This document shows positions 14,435 through 29,794 of a stretch of 64,000 nucleotides of DNA, piece after piece (the stretch's first letter is position 1; the number at the start of each line of letters is the position of its first letter). Both the position numbers and the translations under genes were made by a program. Under the pieces are notes generated by a model. It was not told the DNA's origin. It was given only the letters and a program-made list of their open reading frames with translations, and ran no database searches. Where the stretch lies: contig CM022667.1 of assembly GCA_012295275.1 (NCBI GenBank), positions 15,996,001 through 16,060,000 on the forward strand. Reading direction: 5' to 3'. The DNA is from Chrysomallon squamiferum. Lineage: Eukaryota > Animalia > Mollusca.

Positions 14435-15904
14435 TAAAAATAAATAAAACATTCAGTAATAGAATTATTGATAATAGAAAATATGTTTTTTGATTTGATT
14501 TAATTTTTTAAAAATATTAATTATTATTATTATTGTTATTATTTTACAATTATTAATAATGGAATTTTTTTCTTCCAAATTACAGAATTTTTAATATTAA
14601 TCATAATAAAAGGTTATATCTGTTTCAGTCTTGTATGATTAACATTTTTTTAATATTTTCTTTTATAGCTTTTTTATCATTCCATTATCATCATTGATTA
14701 CTATCACCACTGTGTACAGGCGTAGGTCTTTTCCCATAAATGCTGTTACCAGAGGTTATTCATCTGAATTCATTTCTCTCCTCAGTCCACCAGCTTGGGA
14801 GAATCCAATACATTATATAAATAGTAATGACCCTACCTTGGGAGAGTCCAAGTTCTGGATATAAATAGCTGTGACCTCGATGCGTGATTGGCCTTGTGAG
14901 GGAAACCAGCGTTATTTTACTATTTTACGCTTGAGATACTGTACTTACTAGTACTGAGGATAGCAGAGATTTTTTTTTTTTTTTTTTTTTTTAAATCATC
15001 TTCTACATCTTCTTCTTCTTCTATGTTGGTGATTTAGTGTCCTGGCTTCACAACAGTGCAGAAGTATACTGATATATATACATTCTGTGTGTTTGGAGAA
15101 AACAGACTAGGTGGAGATATACATATATATATATATATATACTTAGCCAGTTGGACGTGTTTCAGTACTGAAATACTTTCATGTGCAACAGCTTGACAGA
15201 AGCATTTGTACTCTGACATCTTGACTGCAGCAGGTGAAAAACGACAAAGGTATTTAAAAATGGGGCACGTTTGTTTGAAATATTTGCATTCAATATAACT
15301 GTAAATAATTGTGGGGCATTGACAAAATTTTCAAAAATGTAGCACTTATTTTTTATATATAAATATATACAACAAAAATGAAAAATGTATTAAGAATGAA
15401 ATAACTTTTTAAGAACCTTTTGGACTGGGTATGGCTGTGTATATATTATATACATACAACATCATCAGTCATGGGTAGTTCAGATGTATGATGACAAAGG
15501 TATTTAAAAATGGACATTTTTGCTTACGGTGTGACTGTATAAATAGATATAACAGAATTATTTAGGGAATTGCAGACATTTGATGACAAAAATGTTTAAA
15601 AATTAACATGAAGTTTTTGCATGATGTATAATTATATGTAATTACATTTTTTATAAATTAGCATAACAGAGATGTTTACTTCCCGAGAAATTTTTGCAAA
15701 GGATATGTCTGTATGGATTATAACAGATCAGTTTAGGGCGGTTCAAGTATTTGTCAAATGTACTTGTAAGTGGAATACCTTTTTAGAATTGTTTTGCATC
15801 AGATGTGACTGTTTATGAAGCAGCTTTAATTTGATTTTTGCACATCAGTTTGTGTAATGGGGAATCAGTATTATAAATGGTGTTGTATGTATTTCATCAG
15901 TATA

Positions 15905-15952
<48 letters not shown>

Positions 15953-18595
15953 TGTCTGTCTATATCTATATCTATATCTATCTATCTATATATATATATA
16001 TATATATATGCTTGCAAATTGTCTTGTTTATTTGGTTGTCTAAACCTAGTAAGTGATTTCTGAAATTCATTTTCAAGTATTTGAGGGTATCTGATGTTGC
16101 ATTTGTGAATGACAAGGCATAACCAAAGAGACAAGTTTCTTACACCATTATACAATGATTTATTTATTAATACTATTTTTTGTTGTTGTTGTTCGTTAAC
16201 TCTAATACAAGTAACTCTAAAAGTAGAAACTGCAGGATCTTAGGCTTCGTTCTCTCCAGTAGTTTGCCATCATCATCTTTGTTCAAAACATAGAGAAATG
16301 CGTTATGGGTATGGGGGAGTGTTAATAGCAGTTATTTGGATAGGGAATTGCTTGTTTATATTTATGGCCTTATTATTTTAATTCAGAAAAAAAAATGAAA
16401 TACCATCAGAAGTATAACCATGAAAATAAATACAGTAAGAAATGTCGAAATTGGACAACTCCAAAAGGACAGTTACAGGAATTACAATAACAGTTAGAAA
16501 CCCATTTCTTTTGATGTTGGTTGCCTAGCAACAGATTCTTTAAAACTCTTTACAGACATTTTTCCCATGTAATGTAATGTGGTCACAGTAAAAAGGCTCT
16601 TTTCAAAAGCATCGGGAACATAAAAGTAAAACAAATAAATAAACTGAAAGGTCAGAAGAGAAAAATATGTGGGTGTGTTGGATGAATGATTAACTAGAAA
16701 TTATTGTTGCTGTGACCTTAATATTGTGTGAGTTATTGCTTGACATAATGAGCATATTGATTATATACATCTCTCTAAGCAAGTATGAATTGGACTTGTT
16801 AAACTATTTAATGCATGCTTAACATCCACTGAAGGTTTAAGTATATCTTGGGCATTTTCTTCAGAAGCTGAAGTTGGTCAGTCAGGACCAGTGATGATGT
16901 GTGTATGGTAGTGTATTGGAGAAAAGAGAGGATGGAGTGGATTTGCACTTTCTTAGTTAAATCTATATAGGTTTTGATCCCATTTTCTGAGTATTTTAAA
17001 GTTACATTGGCTTAACCAGTGAACCTGGTGAAATGGGTTCAGCATGAAGATAGGATTCCAGAATGTATCATTCTTTGTCATGCAACATAAAGGCTGTACT
17101 GATATCTAGCTTAGCTATAACAAAAATATGTTTTTCTGGAAATTATTGTATGAACAACTGTTGTCTTTCTGCTTATCAACAATTAAATATATACCTCATA
17201 TATATATATACCTGTACCTGTTTTATGGGCATGCATGTATGCACACAGTTTGTATGCACACTATCATCTTGAATTTATCTCAACGGAGAAGACATAATTC
17301 TATAGCATTGAGAAATATTTGATCTCTGTTATGTCCATGATCACAATGAAACACAAAAGTAAACACTGATTTTGAATCAAAATTGTAAAACAAAGGACAG
17401 CAAAACATTATGGGCAGGATGTAATGTGTAAACTTACATTTACCAGCAGGAGAAGACCATTTTCTCAGATTTGATGGGTCACTGTTTCAGAGTTTGTGAG
17501 GGACCCTATTGAGATATTTGGAATATTTTATACTGGAATATTTCTGAGGAACATGCAGACTGTAAAATCTATTTGATGCTATGTTAAAGTAGCTCTGTTG
17601 AAAACTGATAAACAGTGATGTGTAAACTGGGTTTGTTCTCTGATGTTAGACCTAAGCAAGATATATTATTATTATTATTATTATTGTTGTTGTTGTTTTT
17701 GTTGACTTGTTAATTTATTTATTATTGTTATTATTATTATGTTCATTTAGTTTGTCATTGTTATTTTTGCTATTATTAAAAGTTTTGTTATTATTTTATT
17801 GTATTTCCTTTCATTATTTTATTTTATTGCTTTTGGTCTTTGCATTGTTCTCTAATATTTTTTTTTTTTAGAATGTACTTACATTTCATAGTTGTTTTTT
17901 GCACTTCTGTTTTGATTACAATAAATTATGGCATTTAATTTGAATTTTGAGTCTCATATGTAATAAAACAGATAATTAATGATTAATTATTTAATACATA
18001 AATGTAAATGATAAAAATTGTCCAATAATTTTGCATTAATCTATTGATATCTGCATTTCAGACACTAAGTACATTTTGAGATATAAATGAATTATGCAAA
18101 TACATTATGCCTTGTTTATGATAATATATGATGGATAACATGGAGGAATGTGTTTAGATGTTAAAACTGGACAGTAAATATTTTGAACTCAGGTTTGTGT
18201 TACAGGTTTTTCGAGTTAGCCAGGTTAGTAAAAAAAGGAAACAAATTGTGTACCTGTTTTCATAAGTCAGTCTGAATGTTTACAACATATTTATGGTGGT
18301 TGTATGAATTTCTGGCTTTTATTATTTTTGTTTATTTTTTTTTTTCAGTTCAATTTATTTTACTTTTTTCATTCTTCTGACTTTAAATTTAATGTTGGAT
18401 TTCTGTCAGTACTACACATATTGAGTTCTTGCAGGATTGTGTTTGTTGTGTCTAAACAAAAGAAAGAACAGTGTGTGTGTGTGTGTCTGTGTGTGTGTTT
18501 GTGTTTGAATCAGTGCCAGTAATTGAGTTCAAAGAAGAAGGCATTTTTAAAATTAATAGATTAGTCCTTTCAGTATTAACAATTTAATGTATTTA

Positions 18596-18653
<58 letters not shown>

Positions 18654-18796
18654 TATAACAGAAACTAATGTTTTAAACATTTTGGTTTCTCAAAGGTAAA
18701 TGTTTTATTTTTTATTTTTAATATTTTGGTGATTCCAATCTTCCTGTCTGACTTTGCTATTCTTTCTGTTTCTCTCTCACATTATCACTTACTCTT

Positions 18797-18896
<100 letters not shown>

Positions 18897-19281
18897 ACAT
18901 ACAGTACAACTTATTAAATATTTTGATTGCATACCATGTCCAATACTTAAATCAACACACATTTCATAACTTAATAATGACATAATTACTTATTTAAGAC
19001 AGACTTGACTTCTTAATCATTTCGACACCAAAATATCAATTCAGCAACTCGTGAAGAGTTCTGCTTAAACACCTCACATTATTTTATTATTTGTTTTGCC
19101 TACCTTCTTCATCCAGGTGTTAATCATCTGAACAGGTAAAAATCCAGCAAGATGATTCTGAGAAACCACACATATGTAATACATAAAGAACTACAAACAC
19201 GTGCAAAACAGAATACACTCATGTTGATAAATTGTATCATGCTTATGCATGAACACATACACATATGCTGTCCTTTTTATA

Positions 19282-19317
<36 letters not shown>

Positions 19318-20023
19318 TGTATGTATGTGATCATACATAAAATGAAGATTATCTAAGAGTTGATTTGTTGTTTGCACAACAGTGATTTTGTACCAGTGCT
19401 TAACAGCTAAGGATTATATAATATGTTACTCATTAATCTTCTTTTAAAAATATGCACATTACTATTGGCAAATTGCGTAGAATTTATTCCAACTCTCAAA
19501 ACTTGTGCAAAAAATAATGATGTTAATTAGCTCAAACTATTTTTTTTGTTTTGTTGATATTTTTGTTATTTTGTATTTATTATTGTTTTTTTTTTTTTTT
19601 TTCTTTCTATTATGATTGCCATTAGTACTATTATTACTATTACTACTACTATTGTTAGTATTAAATTATTACTGAACATTAATTAGTAGTTGTATGTTTA
19701 AGACTGATCACTTGCCAAAGCATCTAAAACAGCTATTATTTCACCTTTATTTCTCATCCTGGTGTTTATCATATCAGCATATAAAAGATAAAACAGATGA
19801 TTCTGAATGTATATCTGTGTGTGTGTTAGAATTGAGTACATGCTATGTACAACAACAGCTGTTGTCATGTATATCAAATTTTCATAGATTATAAATAATG
19901 AATGCTATTCACAGTGCTGCAACAGTACATCAGACGCTTGAAATATATCCAAATTTTTCATTTTTGCAATTTTTGATCCACTGTGTTTGTTGCAGCACAA
20001 TCATACTGGAGCACAAATGTCAT

Positions 20024-20470
20024 ATGATTGAAGATGTTACAGTTATGTACAAGAAAAATCATGACTGACACAGAAATATGTTTTAACTTAGATTTTTCTT
20101 GTAAGTAAAAAAAAAATGAACAAATTATGGCTCTGCTGTAAGCACCAGGTTTTATATGCATTTGCTTTTGGCTCCTATATGTTATGGTTTGGTTGGTTTT
20201 ATCAAATAATATGTTCATCAAAGCAGCATTGTGTCTTGCAGCTTAATCATATCAAAGAATAAGCCTCTGTATGATTGAAGATGTTAATATCATCTACAGC
20301 GCAATGAAGAATAATCATGACTGACAGAAAGAAATGTTTTAACTTAGATTTTCTTGGAAGCAGAAAAATAAATAAGTCATGGTTGTGGTCCGATTGTGTT
20401 TGTGGTCTTGTAACAAAGATGCTCTTTCTTTGTGTACATTATGGTTAGGTGAGTTTTATCAAATGAAAGC
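20024..20470. repeat. Diverged ~245-bp tandem duplication
   Basis: TATGATTGAAGATGTTA...AATCATGACTGACA...TGTTTTAACTTAGATTTT...TTTTATCAAAT occurs at ~20024 and ~20270. Confidence 0.8.
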
Positions 20471-20489
20471 AAATTGTGGAATGTATGTA

Positions 20490-20690
20490 GGTCATTGGTT
20501 GGATGTTTGTAAAAGGTGCGAGTGTCACACGATCAGTTCTCCTTGGTTGAAACTGTTGGGTTATTTACCATTCTAGCCAGTGGTCCACAACTAGAATGTG
20601 CTTTTTCTGCATGTGAAGGATCCATTGCTATGACTTGGTAAGAATGTTCCTTGGAACAGCATCAGAAGATTTCTCTTCTCACAACACAGA
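20490..20690 (+). mobile_element. Degraded SINE-like copy
   Basis: TTGGGTTATTTACCATTCTAGCCAGTGGTCCACAACTAG...TGCATGTGAAGGATCCATTGCT; same motif order as the other copies. Confidence 0.55.
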
Positions 20691-20798
20691 GTAGTTTAGA
20701 GTTGTTATCCTAATGTTTGTTTTACTACTGGTTTTGCATTACCAAAGTTATAGTAAGTTCTTTGACCTAAGAGTAAAGGACAATAATAAGAAGAAAAA

Positions 20799-20850
<52 letters not shown>

Positions 20851-21219
20851 TGTGTTGGTGTATATACCTGCCTATTATTATCACTAGGTAGGAATAGGTT
20901 CCAAAATATGGTATAGAACCTACGAGTCTTAATGACAGTGCACCAACCAGATACTATTCTTATAATTTAAATCTCTTTACATCAGAAATTATTTTCCTTA
21001 GATTTCATTACTTCTGATGTTATCAGTGTACTGATGCATATATATTATTGTGACACTAAGCAAATACTGCTAGTCATTTGGAATGTGTAAATTATAATAT
21101 GTGTGTTGGTTCAGTTATTGCTGATTAGATTTATTTGTACATGACTATTGTGTGTATGCAATATATTTATATACATGGGTTTGTTTTTGTGTGGTGTGTG
21201 TGTGTTTGTGCTTATATAT

Positions 21220-21266
<47 letters not shown>

Positions 21267-22039
21267 TCAAAAATGGTTATTTGTGTGTGTATGTAAGTTT
21301 AAACCTTCATGTGTGTGTCTGTGTGTGTTTATTTTGTCTACTTGTTTTTAATCATGTTAATGTGCATTTTAATACAGTGCTTTTTTCACTTTCATATTTA
21401 TTAACCTCTATTATGTGTATTCATTTATGTGTTCCTATCACTGAACAGCAAGTTAAATGACAAATCAAATTCGTCATGGTTTGGTTTACTACTTAAACAG
21501 ATAGTGTGTAAGCCTTTCTCTTTGCAATGTAACTGATATCAGTGAAAGAAAGGTATTGTACTTGCATACCATGTTGTTTTCACATCAGCTTTACTGCAGA
21601 GTGAACAGGAATGTTTTATATAATGTGACCTGTCATTTCTGCCCCATGCTTTGCTTTATATATGTGATACTTGTTTGTATGAGTTTAAAATAATTATTAT
21701 TTCTACTTCCTTCTTTGCTTTAAAAAAAAAACATGGTGTAAGATGAGTTTTGAAAGATTGCAAGTTACTTGTTGTGGTTGTTGTTGTATTATCAATATCA
21801 TTATTGTTATTATCATTGTTACTATTATTATTATTATCAATCATTTTTACAACACAATTTTTAACAACACATTTTATTTACAGTTATGTTTGATATCCTT
21901 TGATGTATCATTTCTATTTCATGTTTTGCTTTACAAAAATATAGGTGTTACTGTTAGTACAAGATGATTTTTTGAAAGCTGTTCAGTCAGTTCTTTTTCT
22001 TTTTTTTTAAATTTTACAAAACAGTTTTATAACACATAA

Positions 22040-22218
22040 TATATACAGTTAAATGGCATCAGATATGCAGTTCAGGACCATCTGGAAAAAACAAGAAATG
22101 AAATAAACTGCCACTTCATTGGCTACTTCTAAATAGCAGTAAGGGATGATTTATATGCACCACCCTGTAGGCAGGATAACATATCTAGTCTTTGTTATAA
22201 CACCTTGTAGAGCACTAG
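22040..22218 (-). mobile_element. Degraded SINE-like copy (reverse orientation)
   Basis: The reverse complement contains GGTGCATATAAATCATCCCTTACTGCTATTTAGAAGTAGCCAATGAAGTGGCAG, matching ATGCATATAAAA...AAGATTCCTTGCTGCTAATTGAAAAAAGAATAGC at ~26830. Confidence 0.65.
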
Positions 22219-23860
22219 TGTGTTATATGTCATGTTATATAATACATGGTTTATATAAGTCAAATCAGACAGGTGGTTTGACCTCCGAGGCTTGGATTAG
22301 GTAAATTACTTTCTGTATCCTGACGTGAATGGATTGAGAAATATTAATCAGTTTTTGTATCAACTTAGAATTTAATTAAGATGCTAAAGTTTAAATACCT
22401 TTAAGGATTTTATTGTTCTGGTTACTTTGTTATTTTTAATTTTTTTCCTCCACATAATTCTAATAATTAATCAGTAACCAGTAAAACAGCCTTTGTAGAA
22501 ATGATGTTTGCAGATTGAAGTCTTTGCAAATTTTCCAATTTTTTTTATGATTTTTTTTTTTTTTTTTTAATTGGCAGGTAAATTACATTTGGAGACCTTT
22601 TGACTTTCCTGTGACCTTGAATCTGATCATCTTGTCCTGTTATGATACTGAACAGAAAATTGGAATTACAATCCACTATCTATTTTTCTAATTTATTCCA
22701 ATTACAAAATGTAGCCAGTGATATAATGCACTTCAGAAATAAATGAATCAAGGCTCTTGAACAACAGCTCAGGTGGACCTAATCTGTTGGTGTTAAATCA
22801 TTAAACTAAATTCACTATAAAATTTTAGCCACATCTTAAATTAATAGGGTTGAGTTAAATTTCCTAGCAGCATTTGACATGGAATGACCCTGTTTGTGCA
22901 GAGCAAGTGTGAGATAATTACAAAGGTATAAAGATAATATATGACATTTTGTTTAAAGTGTGTGGCAATTTGATCACTGTACTAATGAAACATGATTATA
23001 TGTACTTAAAACCAAACTGATGATCATAAACCCAGTTATTTATTTCATCTTTAAACTTGACTGCCCTTGTCAGTAGACATTAAAGTTAACATTTCAATTT
23101 TTATAAATTTATGCCACCTTTTTCTAGATGTGAATATTCATATTTTAATCACTTATGGATAAATGATTGTAGGTCACTGAATTTAAAGTGAAACTTGTAT
23201 CATTTTAACAAGATATTTATTAGAAAAAATAACAAGCACTTCCAAATAAGTGCAGTGTGGTCCAACTTAGTACTTTGTACTTAGATACTACAAAATTAAA
23301 GGACTAAATAATAAATTAATATTTTTATTGCTTAATCACCATTCACAAGTAAAAATTAATATTATGTTGAACTTCTTGTTAAGTGCAATTTATGGTGTGG
23401 GTGTATGCATGTATCATGCATGCTTCTGTCAGAACTTAAATTTACTGTAAAATTTTCATTTTGCATAATCAGTTACCTGATTATTAAGGTTGATACTAGA
23501 AATTCCATGATTAATTTTTCATATTTTGATTCTGTGTCACTGCTTACTGTATTTTCTGGTTTAATGCTGCATAAGTAATTCATTATTGGATAAATAATTT
23601 ATTTTTATTTTTTTAATTACGATGTTACTTAACAAATTTAACAACGAGAAGCTTTTACAGTGATTTTCTGTACAGGTAAATTTTGTCTATAATTTCCTCT
23701 AATTCAGATAATTTTCTAAAGTATCACTAATCTGTATTGGTTGTTTTCTTTAATGCATCCAGTCATCTATTTCAAGTTTCCCAAAACATACACATGAAAG
23801 ACATTTACACAATGTCTGTTTTTTTACATTCACCCACTTCCACTCTTTTTCTTCTTAGCA

Positions 23861-23909
<49 letters not shown>

Positions 23910-24277
23910 AAAAACACACACAGATACTTTATTTTTGATAAATGACATTGATACATTTATATGCTTACTTCAGATAAGATTATAAAGTATTTGCTTGTGA
24001 AGTAACAAATATTTTTGTGGTTAACAATCAAGCATGTTTTTTATGCTTCAGTTGAAATCAGCTTTACCATGATCAGCCAGGCTAAAATGATTTGGTAATG
24101 TGTGTGACTGACATGGCATTTGTTTGTTTTGGCACCTGTTTATGGGTAATGAGGCTAACCCTTTGAGAGCTAACCTCCCATTAATAGGACACACAATAAA
24201 TCATCTGTATAGATTATATCACTGAACGATATATGGGATAATGTATATTACCCCTGTTATTACTTTCTTAACTAAAT

Positions 24278-24313
<36 letters not shown>

Positions 24314-24641
24314 GTTCATTATTTATTACGCAGACCTTTGAAGATTTTATAACCAAACATAATAAACTTTTCTTTGTTGAAACGGGTTTGGCATTTACAT
24401 GTTAAACTGACTACTTGCTTACTATAGGTGGTGCAGATATATACAACACAGATGACTAACACACAGCTTAACGACAGCTTGCGTAGGCTGGCTTTTTTTT
24501 TTTTTTTTCAACATGCTGTACAGACAGAGTAACCCAATTTCTTACAGTTAAACCATTATGAATGAAACAGAATACCTTACTCAGTTACTCAGTTACTCAG
24601 TATCCTCAACTAAACATTATTTAAAAAAAAAAAACTCTGCT

Positions 24642-25030
24642 TAGAATAGTAATGATATCACTTTAATACTAGTACTAGAATAATGGCACTTAATATCAAT
24701 TTAATACTAGTACTAGAATAAAGGCACTTAATATCAATTTAATGCTCTAAAATACTAATACTAGATGTCAATCTAATGCACTAGAATACTACAGCTTGGT
24801 GTGTGAGTTTAATGCTTCAGGATAAAACAGGATGTTAAATGCAATATAATGATACTTGATGTTATAATGCAGTAGAATACAATTACTTGAGACCAAAAAT
24901 TATACTTGTATCATTTAAATGTAGTGGAAAAATAACACTTGATGTCAGTCTTATGCTCTAGAATTATAACTTATGATGATAATGTAATAAACTAGAATAC
25001 TAATATCTGATATCAGTCTAAATCTATCAA
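24642..25030. repeat. Degenerate ~35-39-bp minisatellite
   Basis: Repeated TAGAATA....CACTT(A/G)AT(A/G)TCAATTTAAT(A/G)C units, roughly ten copies of decreasing identity. Confidence 0.75.
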
Positions 25031-25060
25031 AGATAAAATGCTATTTGATTATTCAGTATG

Positions 25061-25094
<34 letters not shown>

Positions 25095-25871
25095 ATATTG
25101 AGCGGGTGTATTAAAACCTTTTTTTAAACATATTTTTCATTCTCATTCTCATTAACAGTTTTTTCAATGTCATCTTCATTACAATGGTGGTAACATTACA
25201 AATTAATTTATCTGATGGAAAAAAAATCTACAGAATTGGAGTTTAAAAAAAACAACCAAAAAACCCCACAAAAAACCCACAATAATAATAGAAAGCAGTA
25301 TCTTTCCATTCATATGATTTAAAAAAAAAAAAAATAATAAAGTATTAAATATGAAGTAAAATTAATAAAACAAAATGAAAAAAAATATATATATACATAT
25401 ATGAATGTGTATATTTTTAAAATTTTATATATACAACACCATTCATCCATATTTGAACAGTATTATAATAAAAGAGGGGGAAAAACAAAAAAATAAAACA
25501 ACTATTCCAGATAAAATGTACTAAAAGAAACTCCAGTGAAGGAAACAGCAACACTTTGTACAGTCATACCTTTTGTTTTTCCAGTTTCCTTATTGATGTG
25601 ATGTTAAAACTACACCCAGAGTAATGGTTAGGCAGATACAGGAAATACCAACTGTATGCACTGATTGTAATAGCTTTGTCCATTCATGATTTTGAACTGC
25701 AATACTGTGACCCTTGAAATATTTATACATTGTTGTCCTAATCATTAAGTCAAGCTGTGTATCAGAGTGCATATGTATCCTGTTGTGTAATTAATGATCA
25801 AAGGTTTCTGTTTCACTTGAACCTTTATTTATAGTGTAATAGTGTATGTGACATTTGTATAATAAGGATTG

Positions 25872-25959
<88 letters not shown>

Positions 25960-26281
25960 GTATATATCTATCTCTCTCTCTTTCTTTATCTCCATCTCAT
26001 TCTCTTTCATTTGTCCGTTTTTCTCTTTCCATTTCTCTTTCTCCTTTGCTTTTCCCTTTTTTCTTTCTTTTCTCTTATTCTTTGTCATTTTCCACTGTCT
26101 CTTTCTGTCTTGCTCTCTTCCCTCTGTGTTTCTCTCAAAGGAGAATAGGAAAGAGTATGTATATTTAAAAAAAAAAAAAAATTGTTGTTACTTATGGTTT
26201 TTGCATGTTGTTTATAATTCATTGTATTTACATATGGAATTGCTTTTTTGTGTGTGTGTGTGTGTGTGTGTTTACAAAATG

Positions 26282-26328
<47 letters not shown>

Positions 26329-26769
26329 TTATAACAAATATAAAAATAACTATTTAAACACCACCACCACTAATTTGTTGATAAAACTAATGACTAAGTA
26401 ATCATAAAATTCTAAAATTAAATCTGATTTTAGTTTATAACCTGAAATGCAGAATTAATGTGTTTTTTATAGATAAAAAAATAACTGTAATTATTCACAA
26501 GTTATTGTGTAAGTTTATTTTCTTGGTACATAAAATGTATGTTGATTTTCAGTAATGGGAAATATACAAACAAATCTACATTATACTTGCATTACTGAAG
26601 TAACCAGATTGGTTTAACCATTAATGGTACATTAAAATGACATCATTTGGTTTGATCCAAAAATTCTATTGAAAACGTACTTTGATATTCAGAGTGATAA
26701 AAAAGAAACTTGTTTAAAATTTGACAGTTCATAGGATCATTTCTCACAGCACTTTTCTCCTATTTCAAC

Positions 26770-26985
26770 ATGTACCCCTGACTGGTTTATTAAAGACAGT
26801 CATAAATACTTTCCTTCCTGTTGAAAGATGCATATAAAATTGTAAAAGATTCCTTGCTGCTAATTGAAAAAAAGAATAGCTGATTGCATGGTAGCAGTTT
26901 GTTTTATCTTTTATCATTTTTATATATAAAGTCATTAACATCAATTGTGTGTCATGTAATCTATGATTAAAATGTGTTTTACCTT
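26770..26985 (+). mobile_element. Degraded SINE-like copy
   Basis: GACTGGTTTATTAAAGAC...ATGCATATAAAA...GATTCCTTGCTGCTAATTGAAAA...TTAAAATGTGTT; cross-matches the reverse complement of 22040-22218. Confidence 0.65.
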
Positions 26986-27728
26986 TCATTAATTATTTTT
27001 ATTATTTTCTTTATTATCATTATCATTATCATTATCATCAATCTTTATTATTATTATTATTATTATTATTATTTGAATGTTATTCTAAAGGCCCAGAAAT
27101 TATGATATAATTGAATTATGTAAGACTAAGACAGTTTTATTCTGATACCACATTCTTCTTAATAAACTGTACTTATTTAAAACATATTTTTATTTGTAAA
27201 CTAAAGTTAATCTACTAATGTTGTTAACTGTATTTAATAAGAAATATATTTTTCTTTAATGTCTTTTTATGATTCTTGTTGTTGTGGTTGCTGTTATTTC
27301 TGTAGTTATTGCTTTAAGAATCATATTTACTTATTTAATTTGTTTGTTTATTTCATTAATTTATAACTTTTATTTATTTATTTATTTGTATTTATTTATT
27401 ATTATTATTGATAGTTTTCAAAGTTTAACCCTAGATAATTGAAAAAAGAAAGAAAAAAAGAAAAGATTTCACATACACTTACATCTTTCAAGGTTACCCC
27501 TGACAGTGTGTTTAGGTCTGTGCACATGTATCTGTACATGTATGTATGTATATATATATATGTAAGTAAATATGTATCTGTACAGACTGTTTAAACTATA
27601 TTTATAAATTATTTTAAAAATCATGTTAGTATTCTGTTTCACATTTTCTCTCTCTTTTTCAGGTAAATTGGAGTGAAATCTCATCTTAATTCCTCACTAA
27701 TTCAGGGTACTGTTACACAGTTGTCACC

Positions 27729-29762
27729 ATGGCAACCACAACATATGAACAGACAACCACTGTCTCTGCAACAGAAGATATACGTCCTGATGTTGGATAT
27801 GTCAAATCTCTTAATGGATTATTGAAGATAGCAGAAATAGTAGGCATCATAATTTTGTTTTAAAATTAACATATGTAATTCATTTAAAGTCAAAATGCTT
27901 AATGGAATATTGAAGACAGAAGAAATAATAGACATCAAAGATTTGTTTTAAAATTAAATATGCAATTAATTTAAAGTCAAAACAGCAGAAACAGTAGGCA
28001 TCAAAGTTTTGTTTTAAAATTAACATGTAATTAACTTAAAGTTAAAACGCTTAACGGAATTTTGAAGAGAGCAGAAACAGTAGACATCAAAATTTTGTTT
28101 TAAAGTTAATGTAATTCTGAAAATAGCAGAAATTGTATGCATCAAGGAATAAATATTTCTTTTTTTCCTACATTTCAGGTACTCTGTATCATTGTGCTAA
28201 TTTGTGCATCAGTTGACACGTGGTTTTGGTATGCCCACGGTGGTGGCTGGGTCCAGTTTGTGGCAGCATCGGCATTAATCACAACCATCATCTTGTTCAT
28301 CTTCCACTTTATGCATATCATCAGCCGACTTCCAGGTCCATGGCACTTCATTGTAAGTCTCATGCTATTTACTATTTAAAATAACCTATTTGGGTTCTAG
28401 ATAGCTTTTTCCTATTTAGTATTATTCTGATACACAGAGATAAATTAATTTGATGTTTTATTATGTTTATCAGTTATGAGTTACCTAGATTGCCTTTCTA
28501 ATTTATTAATTGAATATATCTAAATAATATTAAGATCCTGTTTTTTTTTAAATTGATTATTTAAGATTTATCTAGTTTGGTTATTTTAAGTAGAAACATA
28601 TAAGGATTATTTGAGGTAAAAGACAACTTACCTTGACTGATTTATTTAGATCAGGGGTGCCCACACTTTTTTGGCTTGCGAGCTACTTTTTAAATGACCA
28701 AGTCGAAATGATCTACCTACAATAAAAACGCAAAACATGTATTTATTTATTTTATATATTTATACTAGGTATAGCTTATATTTACAATATGTTGGTGTAC
28801 CTTGCATAGCAGCATGAACCTGTCTGGTGCAATACAATACTGTACATTTTTGGCCATCATCTTACTTTGATGACTTGCACTTGCACTTGTAGGATGGATA
28901 ATATTTAGTGTCATGCAATCTACCCACATGTGATTGACATATTGGGCACCACTGATTTTGATTATCTAGATGGCCTGATTTTTATTGGTCTCTGTAAAAA
29001 AAAAAAAAACTGTTTTTATACTGATGGCCAATTTTATTTTTTTTTTTTTTAGTGGTATTATTTTGATATCAAGAAAAAGAAATGTCCATAATGAAAACTA
29101 AAACTATTCTTTCTCATACACATTTTATTTTATTTTATATTATTTTATTTTATTTTTTATTTTTTTTATTTATTATTATTTTTTTATTAATATTACTTTA
29201 AACATTTTTTTTAATTTTATTATTATTATTTTTCTTAATTACGTATTTTTTAAATTTATTTTATTATTATTATTTTATTTTTTTATATATCTTATTGTTT
29301 TTATTTTATTTGTCATAGGAATTCATTTATTACTGTGTCTTCTGTGCACTCTGGTTGATTGCTGCCATTGTAGCTGCTGTACGTGGCAGCTGGCATGCAT
29401 CCATTGGTGCAGCAGCAGTAAGTATATTTTCTTCTTATATCATGTTACCATGACGTCTCTGAAGTTTATGAAAAATGTGTAAAACAAAATTCAGTATTTG
29501 AAAATTATATGTAATAAATTATGGAAATGAATTTTCTTACTTAAAATGAATTCTTGCTAATTTTGTTTAATAGGACTAATAGTAACTAGTCTTTACTGAC
29601 AGCAAACATCCATATATTCAGTAAAAAGAAAATTATTTATAATAATTTTGTGAAAATTAATTTATTTGAAATGAATCTGTGATGGTGGTAACAGAACTTA
29701 TTTTGTATGCATGCAAGTTTATTGAATAGAAATAATGACAGTCAATCTTTGCTGACAGTAAA

Positions 29763-29794
<32 letters not shown>

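Noticed and set aside
16891-16990. Box C/D snoRNA (GTGATGA...CTGA); a similar pair at 5841-5934
   Set aside because: No terminal stem and no recognisable guide sequence; such boxes are common by chance.
24642-25030. CRISPR-like periodicity
   Set aside because: The context is eukaryotic, the units are contiguous and degenerate, and there are no unique spacers or cas genes; it is a minisatellite.
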